NCBI GenBank assembly: GCA_902626725.1
Contig: CACOGI010000004.1
Location: 3,481-67,480, forward strand
DNA: 64,000 bases
Source of the DNA: an uncultured Pelagibacteraceae bacterium
Lineage (GTDB): Bacteria > Pseudomonadota > Alphaproteobacteria > Pelagibacterales > Pelagibacteraceae
Direction of reading: 5' to 3'
A model generated the notes under the pieces. That model was given only the letters and a program-made list of their open reading frames with translations, was not told where the DNA came from and did not search any database. This document shows, piece by piece, positions 8,603-19,355 of this stretch; position 1 is the stretch's first letter; each line of letters opens with the position of its first letter. Made by a program: the position numbers and the translations under genes.

Positions 8603-9454
8603 ATGAGTATAGTCACTACAATAGCACCATTTGCATTAGCGATTATAATGTTGTCTTTAGGTGCGTCTTTAACAGTAAATGATTTTACTAGAGTATTCCA
8701 ACATCCAAAAGAATTTTTCGTAGGTTTAATTTGTCAATTAGTTGTTCTTCCTATTGTTGGATATTTGTTAATTATTATTTTAAAAACCCCAGTGGAATTA
8801 GCCTTGGGAGTAATGTTAATTGCAGCAGCACCTGGGGGAGTTACATCAAATGTATTAACTAAATTTGCAGATGGTGATGTGGCTCTTTCTATTTCTCTTA
8901 CTGCTTTTACAAGTTTAATTAGTATTGTCTCAGTTCCTTATATTATTTTTTTATCTATTGATTTATTTAACATCACTTATGTTGAAAAAGAAGTTTCTAT
9001 GCTTGGAATATCATTAAAGATGTTTTTTGTTGTGACTATTCCCGTAATTATTGGAATGATTATTAGAAAAGTATTTAATAATTTCATTGAAAATAATATG
9101 AAATATATCGAAAAAATATCCATTGGATTATTTTGCGTAGTTTTTTTTGCTATCTATATTGAAGAATGGGATAGCATTATAATGTTCATGACTACTGCCG
9201 GAACTGTATCTCTTATTCTTAATATTTCTATGATGGTAATAGGTTTTTATGTAGCTAAATTTTTTGCATCTGGTGTTGCTCAACAAAGATGTATTTCTTT
9301 AGAATGTGGATTGCAAAATGGTACTCTAGCTGTTTTTGTTGGAACGCAATTATTTGGTCAAAATATGACATACATGGTTCCTACCGCAGCATATGCTTTA
9401 ATAATGATGGCCACTTCAGTGATCTTTGTAATCTTATTGAGAAAAAGAACTTAA
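8603..9454 (+). CDS. Bile acid:sodium symporter (BASS) family transporter
   Basis: PGGVTSNV, GDVALSISLT, ECGLQNG motifs. Multi-TM. Confidence 0.88.
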   Translation: MSIVTTIAPFALAIIMLSLGASLTVNDFTRVFQHPKEFFVGLICQLVVLPIVGYLLIIILKTPVELALGVMLIAAAPGGVTSNVLTKFADGDVALSISLTAFTSLISIVSVPYIIFLSIDLFNITYVEKEVSMLGISLKMFFVVTIPVIIGMIIRKVFNNFIENNMKYIEKISIGLFCVVFFAIYIEEWDSIIMFMTTAGTVSLILNISMMVIGFYVAKFFASGVAQQRCISLECGLQNGTLAVFVGTQLFGQNMTYMVPTAAYALIMMATSVIFVILLRKRT

Positions 9455-11899
9455 TTATAAATTTTTAAAATCTGTTCGTTTTAGGGCTTTTGGTTGAATA
9501 GAAATAGGATATTTCTTTTTCTCTACCTCAATAAATAAATTCTTATTACTGAGTTCTTCATTAGTGAGATTGCTATTAATATATCCAAAAGTTAAATTTT
9601 TCTTAAAATTAAATGAATAATTTCCTGATGTTGATCTTCCAATAATTTTATCATCTAGATAAATAGGTTCGTCATGAAGCAACAATGGTTCACCTGGTTT
9701 ACTGTTGTTTAAAGTAAACATAGCAAATCTACTTTTAAGATTGTCTTTTTTTATTTTTTCTAAAGCTTGTTTACCAATAAAATCCTCACTTTTTGTATTG
9801 CTTATTGTAAAAGATAAACCTGCTTGATATTGATTTTCTTCTGGTGAAATATCATGACCCCAATGTAAAAAACCACTCTCCATTCTCATAATATCCATTG
9901 CATGCATTCCACAATTTGAAAGGTTAAAATCTTTACCTTTTTCAATTAATAATTCATATATTTTTTTAGCATCATTAATATCTACATATAATTCATATCC
10001 TAATTCACCAACGTAAGAGAGTCTCTGAGCCCAAATTTTTACCCCATCTATCGTAATATATTTTGCTGTACCAAATTTGAAATTATCATTATCAAATTTA
10101 TCTTTAGAAATTGCTTTGATTAAATTTCTACTTTTTGGTCCAAATAATCCAAACACACAGTAATCATCCGTGACATCTTTTAATTTTATATCCTTATAAA
10201 GATGTTTGTTAATATGAAACTTATCTCTTTCTCTTGTAGCTGCTGAACTTATTATTCTAAAATGATTTTGGTCTAAACAAACTACTGTTAAATCAGTCTC
10301 AATTCCACCATCGGGATTTAACATATGAGTATAAGTACATTTACCAATCTCATTTTTTATATTAGCGGTACAAATTCTTTGTAATTCTTTATGTGCTTTA
10401 TCAGATTTTATCTCAAACTTTGAAAAGGGTGATAAGTCAAATAGACCGACATTTTTAATAGTGTTATTAGTTTCGTATTCTGCTGAAGGATACCAATTTT
10501 GATAATTATAGCTGTATTCATACTCTGATTTTTCTCCATCAAGTGCAAACCACATTGGTCTTTCATATCCAGCTGAAACACCAAAACATGCTCCGAAACT
10601 CTTTAAATTATCGTGATATGGAAGTGTTTTTATATTCCTTGAAGTCTTATGTTGTTTAAAAGGCCAATGCATTCCATAGAGATCACCTAACGTTTCAGTA
10701 ATTCTCGGTTTAATAAAATCTAATTTTGAGTGAAATTTTTGAAATCTCTTTATGTCATAACTAAAAACATCTTCATTAATGTGACCAGTCATCATCCATT
10801 CAGCCGTAACTTTTCCTACACCACCACCACTTCCTATTCCAATGCTGTTGAGACCACAACATACAAAGAAATTCTTTATTTCTGGAACTTCTCCTAACAA
10901 GGTATTCGTATCAGGGGTAAAAGACTCAGGTCCTGCAAAAAATTTTCTTATTCCTGCTTTTTCTAATACTGGAAACCTTTTAATCGCAGATGCTAAATAT
11001 GGTTCAAAATGTTCAAAATTTTCAGGAAATTCTCCAAATGAAAAATCTTCAGGTACGATACTTGTTTTATCAAAAGCAGGAATAGATTTTCCCTCAAAAA
11101 TGCCTACTAAAATTTTGCCAGCATCCTCTTTAATATATGTGCTATTATCAAAATCTCTAATTACTGGTAATGTTTTTGACAAATTATCAATTGGCTCAGT
11201 TATTATGTAAAAATGTTCTGCGGGATAAAGTGGAACACTTACTCCAATTTTTTCAGCAATTTGTCTAGACCACATTCCTGAGGCTAAAACAATATATTCA
11301 CAATTAATTATTTGACCTTTAACTTTTACTCCAGAAATTTTTCCATCTTTTGTTAAAATTTCTTCCACTGGTGATTTTTCAAAAATTTGTGCACCCTCCA
11401 TTCTTGCACCTTTTGCGAGCATGTGTGTTACACCTGATGGATCAGCTGCTCCATCACCTGGCATTAAAATTCCACCTATCACCTCATCGGTATTAATTAT
11501 TGGATAATCTTTTTTAATTTGATCTTTATCTAAAATTCTAACATCAACATCATAAAGTTGAGCTGTAGTTGCTTGTCTTTGAAGCTCCTGCCATCTTCCT
11601 TTATTTTGTGCAATTGAAAGAGCACCGTTCAACCTTAAACCAGCTGAGTGATCAACTTCTTTTTCAAGTTTTTTATATAAATCTAAAGTATACTTTCTAA
11701 TTTTTGTAATTGCTGCTGTTGGACCCAGTTGACTTACAAGTCCCGCAGCATGCCAAGTTGTCCCTGATGTTAACTGATCTCTTTCTAAAAGAATTGTATC
11801 TTTCCAACCAAATTTTGCTAAATGATAGGCTACTGAACAACCAACAACACCACCACCAATAACAACAACTTTTGTACTACTTGGTAGTTTTTTTTCCAT
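9455..11899 (-). CDS. GcvT-family FAD-dependent oxidoreductase (dimethylglycine/sarcosine dehydrogenase-like)
   Basis: GGGVVG, TSGTTWHAAG flavinylation motif, GPESFTPD, C-terminal GcvT folate domain (GELGYEL). Confidence 0.88.
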   Translation of the reverse strand: MEKKLPSSTKVVVIGGGVVGCSVAYHLAKFGWKDTILLERDQLTSGTTWHAAGLVSQLGPTAAITKIRKYTLDLYKKLEKEVDHSAGLRLNGALSIAQNKGRWQELQRQATTAQLYDVDVRILDKDQIKKDYPIINTDEVIGGILMPGDGAADPSGVTHMLAKGARMEGAQIFEKSPVEEILTKDGKISGVKVKGQIINCEYIVLASGMWSRQIAEKIGVSVPLYPAEHFYIITEPIDNLSKTLPVIRDFDNSTYIKEDAGKILVGIFEGKSIPAFDKTSIVPEDFSFGEFPENFEHFEPYLASAIKRFPVLEKAGIRKFFAGPESFTPDTNTLLGEVPEIKNFFVCCGLNSIGIGSGGGVGKVTAEWMMTGHINEDVFSYDIKRFQKFHSKLDFIKPRITETLGDLYGMHWPFKQHKTSRNIKTLPYHDNLKSFGACFGVSAGYERPMWFALDGEKSEYEYSYNYQNWYPSAEYETNNTIKNVGLFDLSPFSKFEIKSDKAHKELQRICTANIKNEIGKCTYTHMLNPDGGIETDLTVVCLDQNHFRIISSAATRERDKFHINKHLYKDIKLKDVTDDYCVFGLFGPKSRNLIKAISKDKFDNDNFKFGTAKYITIDGVKIWAQRLSYVGELGYELYVDINDAKKIYELLIEKGKDFNLSNCGMHAMDIMRMESGFLHWGHDISPEENQYQAGLSFTISNTKSEDFIGKQALEKIKKDNLKSRFAMFTLNNSKPGEPLLLHDEPIYLDDKIIGRSTSGNYSFNFKKNLTFGYINSNLTNEELSNKNLFIEVEKKKYPISIQPKALKRTDFKNL

Positions 11900-11903
11900 C
11901 TAC

Positions 11904-13022
11904 TTAATTTTTGATTGCTACTCCTGGGTCAACATATTGATGTCCAAACACATCTGCAACTGCTTTATAAGTCACATGACCTTTGTGAACATTTAATCCT
12001 GCTAAAAAGTTTTTATCTTCCCCTAAAGCCTTTTGATAACCTTTGTTAGCTAGTTTTGCTAAATAAGGAAGTGTTGCTTGATTTAATGCAAAAGTAGAAG
12101 TTCTTGGAACTCCACCAGGCATATTTGTTACACAATAATGAACTACATCATCTACAATATATGTTGGATCACCATGTGTAGTAGGTTTGCTTGTTTCAAC
12201 ACATCCACCTTGATCAATTGCAACATCAACTATTACGGATCCTCTTTTCATTAATTTTAACATATCTTTAGTGACTAATTTTGGTGCTTCTGCACCTGGT
12301 ATTAAAACACCACCTACTAACAAATCTGCTTCAGCAACTAACTTATTTAAATCTATTTTATCACTTTGTTCTGGAATTATTTTATCACCAAACATCTCAA
12401 CTAATTGTTTCAATCTCGCTTCAGATTTATCTACAATATGAACTTTAGCTCTCATGCCAGTTGCTATAATTGCAGCATTTTCTCCTACAACACCACCCCC
12501 AAGAATTAATACGTTTGCTGGCTCACCTCCTGGCGCTCCTCCTAACAATACTCCCCTACCTTTTTGATTTTTTTCTAAACAATGCGCTCCTGCTTGAACC
12601 GACATACGACCTGCTACTGCACTCATTGGTGCTAATAATGGAAGTCTTCCATTATCATCAGTTACTGTTTCATAGGCAATATTTATACTTTTTGATTTTA
12701 TTAATCCCTCAGTTAATTCTTTTGCAGCAGCTAAATGAAGATAAGTATACACAATTTGATTTTCTCTAATCATATCAACCTCAACTTTTTGAGGCTCTTT
12801 TACTTTAACAATTATTTCTGCATCATTAAAAATATCTGAAGCTTTATTAACAATTTTTGCTCCAGCATTTGTATACTGATCGTTTTCAAAACCTGCTTCG
12901 AAACCACCGTTGTTTTCAACTAAAACTTCATGACCCTCTGATACAAGAGTTTTTACACTTTCAGGTGTTAAACCTATTCTGTTTTCTTGTGGTTTTATTT
13001 CTTTAGGTACGCCTATCCTCAT
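11904..13022 (-). CDS. ald: Alanine dehydrogenase
   Basis: GVPKEIK, KVKEP, YLHLAA, PMSAVAGR, DVAIDQGGC, NMPGGVPRTST. Confidence 0.96.
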   Translation of the reverse strand: MRIGVPKEIKPQENRIGLTPESVKTLVSEGHEVLVENNGGFEAGFENDQYTNAGAKIVNKASDIFNDAEIIVKVKEPQKVEVDMIRENQIVYTYLHLAAAKELTEGLIKSKSINIAYETVTDDNGRLPLLAPMSAVAGRMSVQAGAHCLEKNQKGRGVLLGGAPGGEPANVLILGGGVVGENAAIIATGMRAKVHIVDKSEARLKQLVEMFGDKIIPEQSDKIDLNKLVAEADLLVGGVLIPGAEAPKLVTKDMLKLMKRGSVIVDVAIDQGGCVETSKPTTHGDPTYIVDDVVHYCVTNMPGGVPRTSTFALNQATLPYLAKLANKGYQKALGEDKNFLAGLNVHKGHVTYKAVADVFGHQYVDPGVAIKN

Positions 13023-13060
13023 TATCTCTCTCTGTTAACTATAGATATAAAAATAACTAA

Positions 13061-14407
13061 CTAGTTTTTTTGGTTTTTTTGATAGTTAGTGATACCCGTT
13101 CTTAGTTTATCAATAATCTCATCAATATGTTTTTCTTCACAAATAAATTGTGGAGCAATAATTAAACAATCTCCTGTTGCTTTAAAGTTAACTCCAGCTT
13201 CGTAGCAAGCTTTAAAACATTCATAACCAGCTTTACCAGGTTTAACTTTCATTTTCATATCAATTCCACCCATCATTCCATAGCCTCTAATATTCTCTAC
13301 AGACTCTAAATCTTGAAGAGAAAATAATCCTTTTTGAAAATAAGGAGCTAAGTTTTTTGCTCTATTAAAAATATCATCTTTTTCAAAAATATCTTGAACA
13401 GCTAACGCAGCAGCGACAGCTACTGGTATTCCAGAATATGTATATCCATGAAATAACTCAACTGATCCCATTGGTGATGCATCCATTACTGCATCATAAA
13501 TTTCGTCTTTACAAGCAACAACACCCATGGGAACAACTCCGTTTGTAGTAGCTTTGGCCATTGTCATAATATCTGGAGTTACACCAAATTCATGACTTGC
13601 AAATGACGAGCCAGTTCTTCCCCAGCCAGTAATTACTTCATCAAAAATTAAAAGTATTCCATGCTTGTCACAAATTTCTCTTAACTTTTGTAAATATCCT
13701 TTCGGTGGAACTAATGTTCCTGTTGATCCAGCTATTGGCTCAACAATACAAGCAGCTATATTTTCTGGACCAAAGTTGCTTGCAATTCTTTCTAAATCAT
13801 TAGCTAAATCTCCACCAGTTTCTGGTTGACCACTTACAAACTTATGATCTGGCAAATGTGTATGTCTCATATGCTGAACTCCTGGCATTAGAATACTTGC
13901 AAAAGTTTTAACATTATTAATCATTCCTCCAACAGATACACATCCAATATTCATTCCATGATAGCCTCGTTCTCTACCAACAAATCTAAATCTATGAGCA
14001 TTTCCTTTTGCTCTATGATAAGCAACTGCTATTTTAATTGCTGTTTCGACAGCTGTTGAACCACAAATAGTAAAAAACATTTTATTTAAATTTCCTGGAG
14101 TATGTTTTGAAATTTTGGTCGCTAATTCAAATGAACCCCCAAATCCTTGTTGGAAAGGTTGTGCATAGTCTAAAGTTTCCAATTGTTTGGTTACTGCTTC
14201 AGTAATTTCTTTTCTACCGTGTCCTAACGGATTGCAAAATAATCCTGAGCTTGCATCAATTTGTGTTTTTCCATGATGAGTCTTTAGATAAACTCCTTTT
14301 GCTTCAGTGATTAATCTTGGATTTTGTTTGAAGTCTTTGTTAGATGTAAACGGCATCCAATGTTCATTTAATGAATTTGGAACTGAAGTACGATTTTCTG
14401 AACTCAT
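13061..14407 (-). CDS. Class III omega-amino acid:pyruvate aminotransferase (probable taurine-pyruvate aminotransferase by context)
   Basis: WMPFT, YHG, EPIAGSTG, FDEVITGWGR, PLP lysine in TMAKA, HGYTYSG. Lies between ald and tauA. Confidence 0.8.
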   Translation of the reverse strand: MSSENRTSVPNSLNEHWMPFTSNKDFKQNPRLITEAKGVYLKTHHGKTQIDASSGLFCNPLGHGRKEITEAVTKQLETLDYAQPFQQGFGGSFELATKISKHTPGNLNKMFFTICGSTAVETAIKIAVAYHRAKGNAHRFRFVGRERGYHGMNIGCVSVGGMINNVKTFASILMPGVQHMRHTHLPDHKFVSGQPETGGDLANDLERIASNFGPENIAACIVEPIAGSTGTLVPPKGYLQKLREICDKHGILLIFDEVITGWGRTGSSFASHEFGVTPDIMTMAKATTNGVVPMGVVACKDEIYDAVMDASPMGSVELFHGYTYSGIPVAVAAALAVQDIFEKDDIFNRAKNLAPYFQKGLFSLQDLESVENIRGYGMMGGIDMKMKVKPGKAGYECFKACYEAGVNFKATGDCLIIAPQFICEEKHIDEIIDKLRTGITNYQKNQKN

Positions 14408-14593
14408 AATTTCTTTCTTTAAAATTTTATTAATTAATAATTATAAGATTCTTTAGACTATATAAGGCTAATTAACCACCAAAATAATTGCCGCAACTTA
14501 AAGTTGTATTCAAAATAAACACTTTTTTGTTTTACTTCTCTACTGAATTAATTTTAAACTTAGAACATATAAATAACTAACAAAGAGGATTAA

Positions 14594-15535
14594 ATGAAAA
14601 AAATAATTAGCTTTCTTTTAGGATGTTTTGTTGCTCTTAACTTAAGTGTTTCAGTTGCAAATTCAGCAGCTAATGAAGTTAGAGTTGCTTACTTTCTAGA
14701 ATGGCCAAGTCCAAATTTAGAAGACATGCAAAAGAAAAATTTTGCAAAAGCTTTGGGTGTACCAGTAAAATGGACAAACTTCACTAATGGTGGAGCTATG
14801 ACTGATGCTATGTTAGCAGGAGATATTGATATTTCTTACTCACAAGGTTTAGTGCCTTTTATTAATGCTGTTAAATCTAAAGCACCAATTAAATTAGTTG
14901 ATATTGCTATGGAATACGGAATGGGAGGAACAACTTGTGTTACTTCTAACGCTTCTGGAATTACAAAAGCAAACGCAACTGAATTAGAAGGTAAAAAAGT
15001 TGCTGTTCCACTAGGAACAATGGCTGAGTATGTTTTTGATGAAAGTATGAAAGTTGTTGGAGCTGACAGAAAAAAAATGGATATTATTCAAATGGACCCT
15101 GAAGAAGGAGCTGCTGCTTTAGTAAGTGGTGATGTTGTAATGGCATGTTTATTTGGTGGTAACTCTATTAAAGCTGCGACTGCTGTAGGATCAAGATTAC
15201 TTACAGTACAAGAAGCTAGAGACGCTGGTATTTTAGGAATAGATATTACTTCTGTAACTACAAAGTTTATGAAGGAAAATCCTGAAATGCTTAGAACTTT
15301 TATAGAAGTAACTCATGAAGCAAATGCTAGATACAAAGCTGGTAAAAGTAACATGAGCGTTATGGCTAAAGCTTCAGAAATGAAAGTAGGTGATATGAAA
15401 GAAACTTTAAGTGGTTTCAAATTCTTAACACCTGAAGAAACTAAACATTCTATGACTAAGGGAAATCTTGATGCATTCTTAAAAGGAATGGGAACACCAA
15501 GAGGAAATGTAGACACTAGTTTCTTACCTCTATAA
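14594..15535 (+). CDS. tauA: Taurine/sulfonate ABC transporter substrate-binding protein
   Basis: Signal peptide, VAYFLEWP, GKKVAVPLGT (SsuA/TauA fold). Precedes ATPase and permease. SD AGAGGA. Confidence 0.85.
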   Translation: MKKIISFLLGCFVALNLSVSVANSAANEVRVAYFLEWPSPNLEDMQKKNFAKALGVPVKWTNFTNGGAMTDAMLAGDIDISYSQGLVPFINAVKSKAPIKLVDIAMEYGMGGTTCVTSNASGITKANATELEGKKVAVPLGTMAEYVFDESMKVVGADRKKMDIIQMDPEEGAAALVSGDVVMACLFGGNSIKAATAVGSRLLTVQEARDAGILGIDITSVTTKFMKENPEMLRTFIEVTHEANARYKAGKSNMSVMAKASEMKVGDMKETLSGFKFLTPEETKHSMTKGNLDAFLKGMGTPRGNVDTSFLPL

Positions 15536-15557
15536 TTAAATAGAGAAAGAAAAATTT

Positions 15558-15597
15558 AATAGGCACCAATTAATTTAAATTGGTGCCTATTTTTTTT
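15558..15597 (+). terminator. Intrinsic terminator-like hairpin between tauA and tauB
   Basis: AATAGGCACCAATT-aattta-AATTGGTGCCTATT followed by T run. Confidence 0.8.
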
Positions 15598-15623
15598 AAA
15601 AGATTTCTAATATAAGGTATTAA

Positions 15624-16421
15624 ATGAGTGATTTAGTTTCTCAAAATCTAAACATGATTTTTAAGACTCCAAAAGGAGAAACTGTTCACGCTTTAAAAGA
15701 TTTAAATTTTACTCTTAAAAAAGGAGAGCTTCTTACAGTTCTCGGTCCATCAGGTTGTGGTAAAACAACTTTATTAAATATCACTGCGGGTTTTATAAGA
15801 CCAACTTCAGGAACTATTACTTTAAATAATAAAGAAATTGATGGTCCAGGTGTTGAAAGAGGAATGGTTTTTCAACAAGGAGCTTTATTTGAATGGTTGA
15901 CAGTAGCTGAAAATGTAAATTTTGGATTGAGGATGAAAAATAACGATCCTATTGAAACTCAAAAAAAAGTTGATGAATGGTTAGATATTGTAGGACTAAA
16001 AGGTTTTGGCAATACACCTACATACCAATTGTCTGGAGGGATGCAGCAAAGAGTTGCTCTTGCAAGATGTTTAATAAACGATCCAGACTTAATTCTTATG
16101 GATGAACCTTTAGGGGCTCTTGATGCTTTAACCAGAGAAAAAATGCAGTCCTTAGTTTTAAAAATTTGGAAAGAAACTGGAAAAACAATTATATTAATTA
16201 CTCACTCAGTTGAAGAGGCCTTATTACTCGGTGAAAGATTATACGTAATGGCTCCTCGTCCAGGTCGAATACATAAAGAATACAATCTTCCATTTGCATC
16301 AATGGGACTTAAACAAGACTTAAGAGAAATTAAGAAAGATAAAGATTTTTCTTCAAAGCGAGAGGAAATTCTAGAAATGATCTGGAATATGGAAGAAGAA
16401 ATAATGGGAAAAGAAAATTAA
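15624..16421 (+). CDS. tauB: Taurine ABC transporter ATP-binding protein
   Basis: GPSGCGKT, LSGGMQQR, LMDEPLGALD, ITH. Confidence 0.88.
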   Translation: MSDLVSQNLNMIFKTPKGETVHALKDLNFTLKKGELLTVLGPSGCGKTTLLNITAGFIRPTSGTITLNNKEIDGPGVERGMVFQQGALFEWLTVAENVNFGLRMKNNDPIETQKKVDEWLDIVGLKGFGNTPTYQLSGGMQQRVALARCLINDPDLILMDEPLGALDALTREKMQSLVLKIWKETGKTIILITHSVEEALLLGERLYVMAPRPGRIHKEYNLPFASMGLKQDLREIKKDKDFSSKREEILEMIWNMEEEIMGKEN

Positions 16422-18347
16422 ATGTTAACCCAAATAATAACTTTTTTAATATTTTTTGCTGTGATCGGTTGTATCCTTTATGGCAGACGATTAATTAAAA
16501 CTGAAAAAGTTGATGCAGTTTTTGGAAATCCTGAAAGAGCATTAGGTGGAACTCATTGGGTCATTGTTGGAAGTAGTTTTCTTCTTTTAATTTGGCTTTA
16601 CTATTCTTGGGATATCGCGAAAGGTTTTTATCCAAAATCTGCTAATGAGCTGTGCCAAGTAGGAAAAGTAAACGACTCTTTATTAGGATTGAAATATCAA
16701 TTTCCTATAGAACAAAGAGAGTTTAAAAGTACTTCTCAAATTAAAAAAGAAAATAAGAATTTAGAAAAGCTCTCAAATGAGATAAAAAATTCTAAAGAAC
16801 TTAATAATGAACAAAAGACAATTCTTGTAAGCTTTATAGGTAAAACAAATCAATTAATTCCACTATTGACTAATGAGGATTTACTTGAAAAAGAAACTAG
16901 AGAAAAAATTGAGGATATAACTGGTAAAATTAATCTTTTAACTGAAAATTTTCAAAAACCTGATTATCCGTTTGAAACAGAGCAAGAGCTAAACGAGAGA
17001 CTTAAGGCTGTAAATGAGGAAGGTGGTTGGGGTATCACAAAAATTGATGCTGGCTCAGGAAGTATTGAAAATACTTTAGAAGTACCTCTTATACCAGCTA
17101 CTGATAGAGGCTTAAAATTTCATGCTGCAGCTCAAGAGTTAAATTTGATAAGTGAAGAATTTTTTAAACTAAGAAACCATAATCCAGAATTTAAAAATAA
17201 AATTAAAAAAATTAAAGATGAAATTAAAGTATACAGAAATGATTTAACTGAAAACGAAGAGATAGCTTCTACTTATGCCAAAAATATTGTTAAAATTGCA
17301 AGAAGAATAGAGTTTGCAAGTATTTATCCACCAAACGCATTGGATAAAATGCAGAATGCTATTGTCAAATTTGATAATGCTCAATTAGATGCTCAAGGTG
17401 GTTTAAGACTTATTGATATCTTTTTATTTCCGGCTGGTACAATAGTTGCAAGTGGTCCAAGTTGTTCAGAACAAGGTTCTGGTAGATGGTTACCAAAACC
17501 ATCTGACACTTTTAATAAATTTGTATTAATGTCTAAACCAAGCGTTGGTTATAAAGATATTCCTCTTTTATGGATTAAGATGGTGGATATAAGTACATGG
17601 ATAGGTTTTATTTTGCCCGATTGGATTGCAGATATTTTACCTGGAGAATATCCAGTTCATACTAAAAATGGAATAGTTAAGCAAAATTTTAAAGGTGTAG
17701 TTTTAAAATTTGTAACAGGCGACTTTAAATTATTAAAGATTCCAGTTCCATATGGTCACATTTGGGATTCTTTCATGAGAGTTTTTCTAGGATTAGTTTT
17801 TGGAATTATTATTGGGGTTCCGTTAGGATTATTTATGGGGTTAAATAGATTTGCAAAAGGTTTTTTTGATCCACTTATAGAATTATACAGACCTGTGCCT
17901 CCATTAGCTTGGGCGCCTCTTATCATCTCTGTTTTGGGTATCGATAACACAGGAAAAGTATTTTTATTATTCATGGTCTCATTGTCTATTATGATTATTT
18001 CAGCCAGAGCTGGTGCCTCTGGAACGCAATTATCAAAAATTCATGCGGCACACTCTTTAGGTGCATCTAAGAAACAAATTTTAAGATATGTGATTTTCCC
18101 TAACTCTTTACCTGAAATTTTAACTGGAATAAGGGTTGCTGTTGGTATGTGTTGGGGAACTTTAGTGGCAGCCGAATTTTTAGCAGGAACGACAGGTATT
18201 GGGTTTGTAGAAAACGTTGCTAAGAAATACTTTCAGTATGAAGTTATTTGGATAACAATTTTCATAATGGGAATGCTTGGTCTCTTGTTTGATGTTACAT
18301 TAAGAAAAATAATAGATAAAACTATTCCATGGCGTGGAAAAGGTTAA
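16422..18347 (+). CDS. tauC: Taurine ABC transporter permease with large N-terminal extension
   Basis: C-terminal ~200 aa TauC/SsuC (RPVPPLAW, AAHSLGAS, LVAAE). About 440 extra N-terminal residues. Confidence 0.82.
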   Translation: MLTQIITFLIFFAVIGCILYGRRLIKTEKVDAVFGNPERALGGTHWVIVGSSFLLLIWLYYSWDIAKGFYPKSANELCQVGKVNDSLLGLKYQFPIEQREFKSTSQIKKENKNLEKLSNEIKNSKELNNEQKTILVSFIGKTNQLIPLLTNEDLLEKETREKIEDITGKINLLTENFQKPDYPFETEQELNERLKAVNEEGGWGITKIDAGSGSIENTLEVPLIPATDRGLKFHAAAQELNLISEEFFKLRNHNPEFKNKIKKIKDEIKVYRNDLTENEEIASTYAKNIVKIARRIEFASIYPPNALDKMQNAIVKFDNAQLDAQGGLRLIDIFLFPAGTIVASGPSCSEQGSGRWLPKPSDTFNKFVLMSKPSVGYKDIPLLWIKMVDISTWIGFILPDWIADILPGEYPVHTKNGIVKQNFKGVVLKFVTGDFKLLKIPVPYGHIWDSFMRVFLGLVFGIIIGVPLGLFMGLNRFAKGFFDPLIELYRPVPPLAWAPLIISVLGIDNTGKVFLLFMVSLSIMIISARAGASGTQLSKIHAAHSLGASKKQILRYVIFPNSLPEILTGIRVAVGMCWGTLVAAEFLAGTTGIGFVENVAKKYFQYEVIWITIFIMGMLGLLFDVTLRKIIDKTIPWRGKG

Positions 18348-19353
18348 TTTGAAAACAGAGAATTTAAAAAAAGAAGTTATCAAAATATTTAAAAAATTTG
18401 GTCTTAGCGAAAATCATGCTTCGATATCAGCGAATGCTTTGATCAATGCAGAGTTGGTTGGTGCCTATGGGCATGGTTTATCAAGATTAAAAATGTATTG
18501 TGATAGAATTTCAAAAAAAATAATTAATCCAAAACCTAAAATTAAAATAAAAAAAATTTCTCAATCAATTTCTCATATCGATGCTGATGATAGTATAGGG
18601 TTTGTAGCAGCTGATATTGCAATTAAAAAAGCAATTCAGAATACCAAAAAAACTGGTATAGGATTAGTTGCTGTAAAAAATAGTGGTCACTATGGTTTGT
18701 CAGGATACTATGCAGAGCAAGCAGTTAAAAAAAATTTAATTACAATGATTTTTACTAATGCTCCACCAGCTGTTGCACCACATGGCTCTTTAAAAAGTTT
18801 ATTTGGAACTAATCCAATTTGTTTTGGTACACCTACTGGATCAAAAATTCCATTTATTTTAGATACTTCAATCTCGATGATCAATAGAGGTAAGATTAGA
18901 GTTGCGGCAAGAAACAATCTAAAAATTCCTGAAGGAGTAGCGCTAGATAAATTTGGTAAAGTGACAACTGATGCTAAAAAAGCACTTTTAGGTGTACAGC
19001 TTCCAATCGCTGGATTTAGAGGTTCAGGTTTGGCTTGGATGGTTGATATATTAAGCGGTGTCTTTACTGGTGGAAATCATGCTGGCAAAGTTAAAGATCC
19101 ATTTGATGATTTTTCTGGACCACAAAATATTGGGCATTTATTTATCACATTTAAAACAAATTTATTTGTAAAAAACTATAATAGTAGAATTAAAGAGAAT
19201 ATAAGAATAATTAAAAAATTACCAAAAATTAAAGGAGTAAAAGAAATAGTGTATCCTGGTCAAAATAAATATAAAAGATTTAAAATGAATTCAAAAAAAG
19301 AAATAAAAATATCAAAGATAATCCAAGAAGATTTAAAATTTCTTAAAAAATAA
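18334..19353 (+). CDS. Ldh2-family oxidoreductase (ComC-like sulfolactate/malate dehydrogenase)
   Basis: GHGLSRL, SGHYG, GTNPI, LDTS motifs of the type-2 malate/L-lactate dehydrogenase family. Confidence 0.8.
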   Translation: MEKVNLKTENLKKEVIKIFKKFGLSENHASISANALINAELVGAYGHGLSRLKMYCDRISKKIINPKPKIKIKKISQSISHIDADDSIGFVAADIAIKKAIQNTKKTGIGLVAVKNSGHYGLSGYYAEQAVKKNLITMIFTNAPPAVAPHGSLKSLFGTNPICFGTPTGSKIPFILDTSISMINRGKIRVAARNNLKIPEGVALDKFGKVTTDAKKALLGVQLPIAGFRGSGLAWMVDILSGVFTGGNHAGKVKDPFDDFSGPQNIGHLFITFKTNLFVKNYNSRIKENIRIIKKLPKIKGVKEIVYPGQNKYKRFKMNSKKEIKISKIIQEDLKFLKK

Positions 19354-19355
19354 AT

